Shown: piece by piece, positions 1 to 8,683 of the stretch
Position numbering within the stretch: the stretch's first letter is position 1
Layout of the letters: every line of letters begins with the position of its first letter
Assembly (NCBI GenBank): GCA_029838195.1
Contig: JALGVJ010000051.1
Location: forward strand, 1-23,200
DNA: 23,200 nucleotides
Direction: 5' to 3'
Source: Promethearchaeota archaeon
Lineage (GTDB): Archaea > Asgardarchaeota > Lokiarchaeia > Sigyniarchaeales > SOKP01
Notes under the pieces: model-generated
The model's database searches: none
What the model saw: only the letters and a program-made list of their open reading frames with translations
What the model was told of the DNA's origin: nothing
Translations under genes and position numbers: made by a program

Positions 1-57
1 AGGAATTAATATTATAAATCCTTTAACCATGTTTTTAACGGCTCCCATTAATTTCAC

Positions 58-558
58 CTAAAATATTAATTGCGTTTGAATTTGAAGAGACATTAAATTT
101 AAGGAAAAACGTCCGCCCATGATAATGTCCATTTGATATTGGATGGGTCCTGGATTTCGAAAAGTCTCATGAATGAGGGCTATAATATTGGCTTGCAAGA
201 AATCATTTGGGCCAACCTTATATTCATCTTTCAGTATTTGACCTGCACTGATATTTCCAAAGCTTTTTAGCTTGCTGAAAATCAATTTTGTGTTGTTCTG
301 CTCGCCATAAATTGCCGTGAGATTGATATAAATGAAAATATCTTGGATATCATAATAGCCGGCATTTGTGATGGAAAAAGGCACCGTGAAATGCATCTCA
401 TCCCATTCAAGAACATTAAAATTGTAAGTCACCTCTCCATCGGGTACTTTTAAATTAACTTCGGGATTGGAAACAATTAAATAAACGGAATAAACATTCA
501 ATATCATGAAAAGCACTAAGGAGATGAGGATCCATTTTAATAATTTAAAAATATTCAT
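58..558 (-). CDS. Hypothetical membrane-anchored protein (N-terminal TM helix + beta-rich, LEA_2/WHy-like domain)
   Basis: 166-aa ORF with ATG start. Hydrophobic N-terminus (WILISLVLFMILNVYSVYLIV) followed by alternating beta-strand patterns (FTVPFSITNAGYYDIQDIFIYINL). The domain call is by resemblance only. Confidence 0.7.
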   Translation of the reverse strand: MNIFKLLKWILISLVLFMILNVYSVYLIVSNPEVNLKVPDGEVTYNFNVLEWDEMHFTVPFSITNAGYYDIQDIFIYINLTAIYGEQNNTKLIFSKLKSFGNISAGQILKDEYKVGPNDFLQANIIALIHETFRNPGPIQYQMDIIMGGRFSLNLMSLQIQTQLIF

Positions 559-808
559 GTGATCACTTTTTCTTTTTTTTTAAATGAAAGCTAGAGAAAG
601 TAAATAAATTCTTATATATATTTCTTTACACAAAAAATTCTCACTTCTCACATTAATTCTAATGTCATGCTATTTTTATTTGGAATGTTTGCCTAACCAT
701 GAAAAATTCGACACGAGATATGATATCTAACCTTGTTAAATTATTAATGCGGGGATGGGTATTTCACGATTACTAAAAAATGAAACATTTTCCTCCCATG
801 CCGGTGAT

Positions 809-843
809 AAAATAAAGGAGATTCACGTTCCTCGTGAAATTCC
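809..843 (-). terminator. Possible hairpin + U-rich terminator downstream of the DUF2229 gene
   Basis: Minus strand reads GGAATTTCACG-AGGAA-CGTGAATCTCC (9 of 11 arm positions pair) followed by TTTATTTT, starting 17 bp past the stop at 860. Confidence 0.3.
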
Positions 844-859
844 GTTCTTTAATAGTTTA

Positions 860-1909
860 TTAAAAAAGTTCTGATTTCTTGGCTCGCTGTTTTGCTAGAG
901 ACATTAATTTCATCTGATTTTTCTTTCGGCGTACCATTTCAACAAAAGATTGGATTCTGGTTAATAAGCCCGCTTCTCCTGAATGTTCATCCATTATTAT
1001 TTCTAAGAAGGGAAGTCCAACGACTTTCATGTCTCGCATGATTAATTCTGAGATAAGGCTATCCGGGCCACATGCAAAGCTTATTAAGAAAATAACGCCA
1101 TCAATTTCTTTACGGCCTTTCGTGAGATAATAGCGAATCGCCTGCATTATTTCCTCCTCGTGCACCCAATAGTTTCTGAGCTTTTTATTGACGATAACCG
1201 GCACTTTAAAGATGGATTCCGGTAAATTTTCTATTGTAAGACTATCTGCGCCCTCATCGCGTAATTTTCTCTGAAAGTTTAAATTAATATACGTGTCAAA
1301 CAAATTATAGGCGTGTCCCAATAATAGAAATTTTATATCATGTTCTTTTTTCTTCTTCGGAAGGGTGAAAGGAAGATTTCTTTCTACTAATCGCAAGGCA
1401 TGAAGGACGGGAGCTCCAGCTCTTAGAAACGAGTGATATTCATCGAAATATGCTTTTGCTTCTCTATAAGCTTCTAATGCGCGGGCCTGGCTCTTTCCCA
1501 ATTGTCTTGCTAAGCTAATGACGGAGGTTGCAATTGGAAATTCTTTAACATTCACTTCAAAATTAAGGAGTTTTGGAACATTTGGAAGGATTTTAATTAC
1601 ATCCGGCAAGGAGAGAAATTTAGGGCAAAAATACGATTCTTTTTTCTCTGAAACGTATCGAGGCACGAATAGATAGTCCAATTCCGGATGTTCCCGAATT
1701 AATTTCATGACATGACCATAATATATCTTGACAGGAATGCAAAGTTCTCCAAAACCGTGTTGAACGCCCTCTTCCACGATTCTTTTATTTGTTGGGGGGC
1801 TAAGCACGATCTCTGCCCCTAATTCTTCAAGGAGCTTTTTCCAAAAGGGAAAATATCTATAAAAATGAAGTGCACGAGGTATGCCCACTTTTGGTTTTCC
1901 ATTTGACAT
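860..1909 (-). CDS. DUF2229 / acyl-CoA dehydratase-activase-related Fe-S protein (2-hydroxyacyl-CoA dehydratase-like; PlsA/PlsR reductase-module family)
   Basis: Family motifs KVGIPRALHFYRYFPFW, ELCIPVKIYYGHV, YFCPKF, GHAYNLFD, SFACGPDS and MDEHSGEAGLLTRI, with three conserved Cys. ATG at 1909 is preferred over the track's GTG at 1921. Confidence 0.85.
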   Translation of the reverse strand: MSNGKPKVGIPRALHFYRYFPFWKKLLEELGAEIVLSPPTNKRIVEEGVQHGFGELCIPVKIYYGHVMKLIREHPELDYLFVPRYVSEKKESYFCPKFLSLPDVIKILPNVPKLLNFEVNVKEFPIATSVISLARQLGKSQARALEAYREAKAYFDEYHSFLRAGAPVLHALRLVERNLPFTLPKKKKEHDIKFLLLGHAYNLFDTYINLNFQRKLRDEGADSLTIENLPESIFKVPVIVNKKLRNYWVHEEEIMQAIRYYLTKGRKEIDGVIFLISFACGPDSLISELIMRDMKVVGLPFLEIIMDEHSGEAGLLTRIQSFVEMVRRKKNQMKLMSLAKQRAKKSELF

Positions 1910-2093
1910 GCAAGACGTCACGTATTTAGGGTTATTTTTTCATTAATAAGTAAATATAAGGATTTCTCGATTATCAATCTTTTCTATTAGTATCTTTATC
2001 ATTACGAGTTCTTTAAAACATCATGAGAAAAGAATTGAGAAAACTTTATATTTTACTAAAGAAAATAATAAAACAATTAATATCAGTGAAAGA

Positions 2094-2101
2094 TTTATAC
2101 A
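2094..2101 (+). promoter_or_regulatory. Putative archaeal TATA box (with purine-rich BRE-like upstream bases) for the MFS gene
   Basis: GTGAAAGA-TTTATACA ends ~31 bp upstream of ATG 2132. The AT-rich background limits specificity. Confidence 0.35.
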
Positions 2102-2131
2102 AAATTGGAAAAGAAACCAAGAGGAAGTAAA

Positions 2132-3523
2132 ATGACCAAAAATGAAAAAAATTCAGAGTACAAGTATTCCACATTAACACACGTTCTTTTTGGATTCGGC
2201 TATTTCTCCGATAATTTCTTAACCGGTGCCGTGGGAGTTCGATTATTCGCATTTTACGAAAATGAGTTATTACTCCCCGTAGTATTGGGATTAATTGCCT
2301 ATATAATTTATGCCGCATGGAACATGGTCAATGACCCGCTTATTGGATATTTCTCTGATAAACCCAATAGGTTTTGGAAGAAGTGGGGTCGTAGATTTCC
2401 TTGGATTGTTGCTGCTACGCTTCCTTGGCCCATTACCTACATTCTCATTTTTGTCTGCCCTCCTGTTTCAGAGGTTGGTGCCTTATTTGTCTTTTTATGG
2501 CTCGTTATCATCATGTGCTTGTTTGATTTTCTATATTCAGCGTGGAATACCAATTTCTACTCTCTTTATCCCGATAAATTCCGCTCGCATAAAGAACGAA
2601 CACGGGTTGCGGGAATTAGCACGGCGATTGGACAATTAGGAATTGCTCTTGGCTTTATCATCCCGCCATTATTCATTGATTACGGAGATCAATCCACCTA
2701 CATAACGGGTTCCATTGCTATTGCTTTAATAGCATATGCCGGAATTTTTTTAATGTATCCGGGCGTGAAAGAAGATGAAGTCATGAGGAAACGCTTATTT
2801 ATCATTAAGCCTGAAGAAAAAAAAGAATCTTTTTTTGAAACGTTAAAATTTGCCATTAAGCAAAAAAATTTTTTCGTTTATCTAATGGCTTATCTTTGCT
2901 TTCAATCATTCGTTTTCATCATTTTGGGCTCCTTGCCATATTTTACTCCTTTTATTCTGCAATCGGAAGCTGAAGTGGAATCTCTCCTTTCAATTGGATT
3001 TCTCGTGGGATCTTTAGCCTCCATCGCCGGTTGGACATATTTAGTTGCCAAATATGGAAATAAAAAAATCTTCATTATTGGCTTTATTTTTACGGGCTTG
3101 GCACTGTTTCCGCTCCTCTTTACAAGTTCCGTGCCCTTGTCTTTCATCATCATGATCTTCGTGGGAGTGGGTGTCGGGGCCATATGGATAGCAGTATATC
3201 CCATATATGGGGAAGCAATTGATGAAATAGTCCTTAAAACGAAAAAGCGAGAAGAGGCCATCTTTTTCGGCATTCGTATTTTTTTTGCACGGTTTGCCTT
3301 AATCGTGCAGGCGATAGTTTTTGCCTTGATTCACATGGCAACGGGATTTGACCCCGAACAAGCAATTCAGACGCCTTTAGCTCTCATGGGCATTCGGATC
3401 CAGACAGCATTGATTCCCATGTTGCTGTTATTTTTAGGTGCTTTCATTTTCTGGAAATGGTATGATTTAACACCCTTGAAAGTAGAAGATATTAAACTTC
3501 GACTAAAGGAGCTGCAAATTTGA
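2132..3523 (+). CDS. MFS transporter, GPH/MelB (glycoside-pentoside-hexuronide) family
   Basis: About 12 TM helices; WNMVNDPLIGYFSD...WGRRFPW signature; ERTRV; EAIFFG. ATG at 2132 is preceded by GAGGA and preferred over TTG 2105. Confidence 0.9.
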   Translation: MTKNEKNSEYKYSTLTHVLFGFGYFSDNFLTGAVGVRLFAFYENELLLPVVLGLIAYIIYAAWNMVNDPLIGYFSDKPNRFWKKWGRRFPWIVAATLPWPITYILIFVCPPVSEVGALFVFLWLVIIMCLFDFLYSAWNTNFYSLYPDKFRSHKERTRVAGISTAIGQLGIALGFIIPPLFIDYGDQSTYITGSIAIALIAYAGIFLMYPGVKEDEVMRKRLFIIKPEEKKESFFETLKFAIKQKNFFVYLMAYLCFQSFVFIILGSLPYFTPFILQSEAEVESLLSIGFLVGSLASIAGWTYLVAKYGNKKIFIIGFIFTGLALFPLLFTSSVPLSFIIMIFVGVGVGAIWIAVYPIYGEAIDEIVLKTKKREEAIFFGIRIFFARFALIVQAIVFALIHMATGFDPEQAIQTPLALMGIRIQTALIPMLLLFLGAFIFWKWYDLTPLKVEDIKLRLKELQI

Positions 3524-3776
3524 ACAATTAAAAAAGATGAAAACAAGGATCGAGGAAAGTTGAATTGAGATAAAAATGTTCTATTTTTCTTTTTTTTTAA
3601 TCATTTTCCTTTTAACAATTGGACTATACAGATTTGTTTAACGAATTAACTAAAAATTAGTAAAAATAAGTAACAAAAAGCTGGATTTTTAAAATATACT
3701 TTTTTATTAAAAAAAATGATTATAAACTTTATTATTGAGAAGAAAATTAAAATAAAAACAAGATATTTGATTAATT

Positions 3777-5477
3777 TTAAGCATTAGGTACATCATACAC
3801 GAGCAAATCTCTGATTCTATCCATCATATTAGCAGTTAATCGTTTTAATTCATCATAGGAAGGTATGGGTTTATCCCAGTATTTTTTATGTTCCATGAAG
3901 GGTGGACCCGCTTTTAAAATAACACCTCTTCCGAAATTCAACATTTTTGCATGTTTAGGATAAACATCCTCCGTTCCCGTGATCCCTACCAAATAAATCG
4001 GCACTTTTGCCTCAATTGCTAGCCGAATTGGTCCCGTGTGGCCTTCTAATAAATCTCCCCCGCCAGTGTTAGTGGTACCTTCCGGATAAATGATGATCCA
4101 CTTGTTTTTGCGCAAGAGTTCTAAAGCATAATTATAAGAACCCACATCATGGCCACCCCTCTTTAATGGAAATGCCCAACAAGACCTTACCCATCCATTA
4201 ACGACAGGGATGCGGAAAAGAGAATCTTTTGACTGTTGATAGACGATTTGGCCTCGCTGCTGAAAAGAAGTAGCTAGAATAATCACATCCCATTCTGAGT
4301 TGTGGTTTGAGCATATAATAGCTCCTGAATCTTGAGTAGGAGGAATATATTTATCATAATCAATGGTTCTGTAGGGACTCATTACGTTGCAGAAAGCATC
4401 CACGATATTTCCCGATAAATGATATACAAACCTTTGAAAATGTTCGTTCACATTGAATACTTCTAACGATTTAAGGATCGAATACCAAGAATCATCCCAG
4501 AGCCACAGGAAATCATTTACAATTTTTTTTAAGATCCCCTTTGGACTCCTTAAGTTCGATTTTTTTTGGAGTTCTTGTGGACTTCCGATGGATAATTCTT
4601 GCGCTTTCTCTCTATCAACATCCGTGTTGTATTCAATTAAGTCCAACACCGTTTGCCTTAATTCATTTGTTAATTCCAAGATTTCTTGAGGAGTTACCGA
4701 ATTAATATCATAGTCATTATAGTAAATGGGTTTTCCCACGCGAACCGTGACGTCAGCTGGTTTCATGAGGAGTTTTCCTTTAGGAAGCGCATTTTCAGAT
4801 CCGAGCACTGCCATGGGAACAATTGGACATTGAGTTTCAATGGCTAATCGCACAGCTCCCGTTTTGAATTCTCCTAATGTTCCATCTTTGGAGCGCGTTC
4901 CTTCCGGAAAAATTCCTACCCATCCACCATTGTTAATAATGCTTTTTGCCTCCTCCCAAGCTCGCTTTACATGCTCTTTATTTCCTCTTTCTCCCAAAGA
5001 AAAGGCTCCTAAGTTTCTAAACAAGGTGCGGACGAGAGGTGTTTTAAAATTTTCATCCTTGCTCATGAATCGAATGCGTCTTTGACAAGCACCCCCAAAG
5101 AAAAAAGGATCTAAATGCGAACGGTGATTTCCTACAAGAATTCCCCCTCCATATTCCGGAAACAGCGTTTTATAAACATTATCTACTTTAAAATTCCACA
5201 ATGTTCTTGTAACAAATTTTACATAAATATAAGCTGCCCACCATTGCAATTCGCCCTCTTCTTTGCTGAAATGCATCTTATCAACGATCCAATGATAAAG
5301 ATCGTTTAAGGGATCGATTGGATTGTATTTTAAAATTTTATATGCGAGAGATTGATGTCTTTTCGTGTAAACTAATTCTCCTTTTTCATCAAGGAGGACT
5401 CCTTCATATTTTGGTTTCACGATATCCATGGCACTTTCTTCTATCTTTTCTTCTTCTTTTTGCTCTGAATATTCCAT
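3777..5477 (-). CDS. plsC: Tandem (two-domain) lysophospholipid/1-acyl-glycerol-3-phosphate acyltransferase, PlsC-like
   Basis: Domain 1: NHRSHLD, FMSKDE, FPEGTRS, PIVPM. Domain 2: NHNSEWD, QSKDSLF, YPEGTTN, PIYLV. ATG at 5477 has an AGGAG SD-like sequence upstream (track start GTG 5486). Confidence 0.9.
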   Translation of the reverse strand: MEYSEQKEEEKIEESAMDIVKPKYEGVLLDEKGELVYTKRHQSLAYKILKYNPIDPLNDLYHWIVDKMHFSKEEGELQWWAAYIYVKFVTRTLWNFKVDNVYKTLFPEYGGGILVGNHRSHLDPFFFGGACQRRIRFMSKDENFKTPLVRTLFRNLGAFSLGERGNKEHVKRAWEEAKSIINNGGWVGIFPEGTRSKDGTLGEFKTGAVRLAIETQCPIVPMAVLGSENALPKGKLLMKPADVTVRVGKPIYYNDYDINSVTPQEILELTNELRQTVLDLIEYNTDVDREKAQELSIGSPQELQKKSNLRSPKGILKKIVNDFLWLWDDSWYSILKSLEVFNVNEHFQRFVYHLSGNIVDAFCNVMSPYRTIDYDKYIPPTQDSGAIICSNHNSEWDVIILATSFQQRGQIVYQQSKDSLFRIPVVNGWVRSCWAFPLKRGGHDVGSYNYALELLRKNKWIIIYPEGTTNTGGGDLLEGHTGPIRLAIEAKVPIYLVGITGTEDVYPKHAKMLNFGRGVILKAGPPFMEHKKYWDKPIPSYDELKRLTANMMDRIRDLLVYDVPNA

Positions 5478-5524
5478 TTTTCTCACTCCTTTTTTTTTAA
5501 TTAAATTAAATTAGCTTATTCGAT

Positions 5525-6280
5525 CTACTTTATTTTTTTATTATTAATTAATTCTAATAATTCTTCAAGCGAATGAATAATAATATCGGGATTATATTGA
5601 GCTAAAACCTCCTCATTACTCACTCCACTCGTGAGTGCGATGGTCCAAAATCCCGCTTCTTGCCCTGCTTCTATATCGGACGGCATGTCGCCAATCATGA
5701 CAAATTCTCTTGCTTTAAAAGAGTCGTGTAATTCAAATATGGGTTGAAATGCTTTTATGCTGGGTTTCATCTCGATTAATTTATCAGCTCCAAAGATTCC
5801 TTTAAAGTATTTTGTCAAACCTTCTTTTTCCAAGTGATCTAAAATGGATTTCGTCTGGTTATGAGAAACGATATATAAATCATGCTGTTTTGATAAATGT
5901 TCCAATAATTCCTTGGTACCCGGAAAAATGGTAGCCTCTTCTTTCGAATAATCCAAATAACGCGTGAATAATTTAACAGCAATCCGTAATTTTTTTAAAA
6001 AGGAAAATTTTTGAAGAGATGAGATATTTTTAAAAAGATCATACGATTGAAGTAAGATTTTTGGAATGGGATGACCCTGAATGGATTCTAACACGGTACC
6101 AATCTCTTGGATGGTGTGGTCAATATCTGCAATAATTTTATAATAGTCAAATACTTCTATGACCGCATCTTTTAAAGCTTTTTTAACATCCAAGAGCGTG
6201 CCATCAAAATCAAAAATGATGCAGCGAATGGATTTCTTCTTAAATTGCTCGACTAATTGATTAGCGACAGTCATGGTCAT
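5525..6280 (-). CDS. HAD-superfamily phosphatase (phosphoglycolate phosphatase-like, subfamily IA)
   Basis: Motif I IIFDFDGTL, motif II VSHN, motif III KP, motif IV IGDMPSDIEAG. Confidence 0.9.
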   Translation of the reverse strand: MTMTVANQLVEQFKKKSIRCIIFDFDGTLLDVKKALKDAVIEVFDYYKIIADIDHTIQEIGTVLESIQGHPIPKILLQSYDLFKNISSLQKFSFLKKLRIAVKLFTRYLDYSKEEATIFPGTKELLEHLSKQHDLYIVSHNQTKSILDHLEKEGLTKYFKGIFGADKLIEMKPSIKAFQPIFELHDSFKAREFVMIGDMPSDIEAGQEAGFWTIALTSGVSNEEVLAQYNPDIIIHSLEELLELINNKKIK

Positions 6281-7192
6281 TTAATCGTGAACTCTATTGG
6301 TTTTACTTATTAAGAATTATTAAATTCTTTATAAATTATGATTTTACACTTGTAATACTTTTTTCAAACAGATGTTTATATAAAAATCTATCGAAATTTA
6401 GAATATTTTTAATCGTATGATCTCTAAGAATAAAAATCTTCATGAAAATTAGAAAAGGGAATATTTACGGGAAAACATGAATTAGTTGAAGGATGTTGTG
6501 CGATAGATTTTAACTTAATGCGGTAAATGTTATCTATTTTGAATTTTGAGATATGAGGCTTGTTCATGATTAAATACACGATAATGGAATTTATTAAAAA
6601 ATCAAAGTTTTAGAAATAAAAATGAAGTTTATAAAGAAAAGACTTCCATTTTAATTCCTTGAACATTTCATTCCACATTAAAGCAAGTAGAAATATACTC
6701 ATGATTTCTGGGCCCATGCATCGCTTTTCATGAACAATTAAGTTGTAAACTTCATTTATTGAGTAAATTAAGAAAATAATTCTATGGATCCTAAATTCAC
6801 AATGTGTAGAATAAAACCTCATCTTAAAACAATGGAAAAATAATATGGGTGGGGTTAAATCTATGGCTCAGCTCATTCTCTTGTGTTTTTTTAATCGCGT
6901 TGAACTTTCATAAATAGAGCCTTTTATTTTTTAGGGCGTTTATTTCTTTTAGTATATTTCATTTATTTATTCATTCTTTCTTACTTCGTGGAATTAAAAT
7001 CGAGAAGGGTGAGATTTAAAGTAACATTACTCGAATGTAGCATTAACACTAATTTTTTGAATACACTCATTCTTTTATTAAAAATTTAATCATTTTTCTA
7101 CGCTTTCCTTGTTAGATTTACTCTATTTGACAAAATTTAATTTTCATGGTATTTTTTAATTCTTATCTCAGTTATTTTTTATAAATTTAATC

Positions 7193-8389
7193 ATGAAAGG
7201 GTTAACATATAGAATCCATCCTATTTTCATCTTAGCTTTCTTTAGGGTTTCTATTGCCACGGCTATTGGATTGGCAATTCCTCTCTATTATTCTTCCATT
7301 AATATAAGACCAGAAATCATTGGATTGATCATATCTGCTCGCTCACTCGCTTATTTATTTTCTCCTTTTCTTTTAAAAAATGTACCGAACAAAATAGGAT
7401 TCAAAAAGAGCCTGCAAATTTCTATTGGGGGATTTTTTATTATATATATTCTATTAAGAGTACTATTGACACCTTTTTGGAGCTTTCTATTATTACTTCT
7501 GGATGGCATTCTTTTAGGCTTATTCTGGCCAGTTTTAATCAGTTCGGTTTCAGTAATTTCTAATTTTCAGGAAATACGGGAGAAAGAATCCATTAAAGAT
7601 AAATTACTAAAGAATTATGGTTTATCGTGGAATATGGGAGGTATTTTTTCATTTTTGTTAGGTTCTTTATTATTATTTATTATATCCAATATTATTTTGG
7701 TTTTTCAAGCGTGTATTATCTTTTGTTTGATTAATTTAATTGTCGTGTTCTTATTTCAAGACCCCAAACGAAATAAAGAAATTACCGAATTGGAAGGAAT
7801 ACACCCCTTGGGAATTGATTTATCTCCGCCTCCAGTGAAATTAAGTTTTCCCTCCTACATTCCTTTATTCTTAATCACCCTATATGCGTTTTCGATTAGT
7901 TCTTTAGGGTTAATTTTTCCCTTGAAATCTGATTCTTTGCTCTATGATTATTCCATTACTTACTTTTTATCCTTTATTAGATTGTCTGCTCAAACTTTAT
8001 CCATTTCTCTTACTATGTCCTTACCAATAAAGATCCTCAAAAAACTCATTCCCTTCCTTGCCCTAATAGTTAGCTGTTGTTTTCTCTTAATGGGTTTCAA
8101 TGAAGATATTGTTGTATTTGGTATCCTTTTTTTAATATTTGGAATTACTATTTCCGTATTTTATTCCTTTTCTTTTAAACTAATCGTCCATCTAAATACC
8201 GTGAAAAACACCTCCAAATATAGCGTATATTACGAGACAATGGTGGGATTTAACTTTTGGCTCTCACCTCTGATTTGCGGATTTTTAGCAGCTATCGATA
8301 TAAATGTTGCTTTTTATTTCATGGCCCTCCTCATGTTAATTGGTCTAGGTATTTATCTCATTTTATATCGTGAATTGAAAATTCTTTAA
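7193..8389 (+). CDS. MFS transporter (divergent)
   Basis: 398 aa, about 12 hydrophobic helices in a 6+6 arrangement; DGILLGLFWP and YGLSWNMGG motifs. Confidence 0.8.
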   Translation: MKGLTYRIHPIFILAFFRVSIATAIGLAIPLYYSSINIRPEIIGLIISARSLAYLFSPFLLKNVPNKIGFKKSLQISIGGFFIIYILLRVLLTPFWSFLLLLLDGILLGLFWPVLISSVSVISNFQEIREKESIKDKLLKNYGLSWNMGGIFSFLLGSLLLFIISNIILVFQACIIFCLINLIVVFLFQDPKRNKEITELEGIHPLGIDLSPPPVKLSFPSYIPLFLITLYAFSISSLGLIFPLKSDSLLYDYSITYFLSFIRLSAQTLSISLTMSLPIKILKKLIPFLALIVSCCFLLMGFNEDIVVFGILFLIFGITISVFYSFSFKLIVHLNTVKNTSKYSVYYETMVGFNFWLSPLICGFLAAIDINVAFYFMALLMLIGLGIYLILYRELKIL

Positions 8390-8683
8390 ATCCACTTTTT
8401 TAATATAAAATCTTTCTTTTCAAGTCTCATGATCATTTCTTGTCATGATTTTATAACGCCGGGCTAAAATCAACAATAAGATTATTTTTTAGTTGAAATG
8501 CTATAAATTTTTAGTAGAATTATTTTCAATCCGTAAAAGAGGTTTATGCTAAGAAAAGAAAATTGATGTTATTTTTTAAAAGCTTGTAAATCATTTGCTA
8601 TAGAAAAAAAAACGTTTAAAAGTAAGAAAAACTTCATTTTTTTAAAAAAAATTAATTAATTTAACAGAAAAAAGGAATTAAAA

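Noticed and set aside
6610-6822. 70-aa minus-strand ORF in the long intergenic region
   Set aside because: No motif or clear translation signal, and the composition is consistent with a chance ORF in AT-rich DNA. It cannot be fully excluded.
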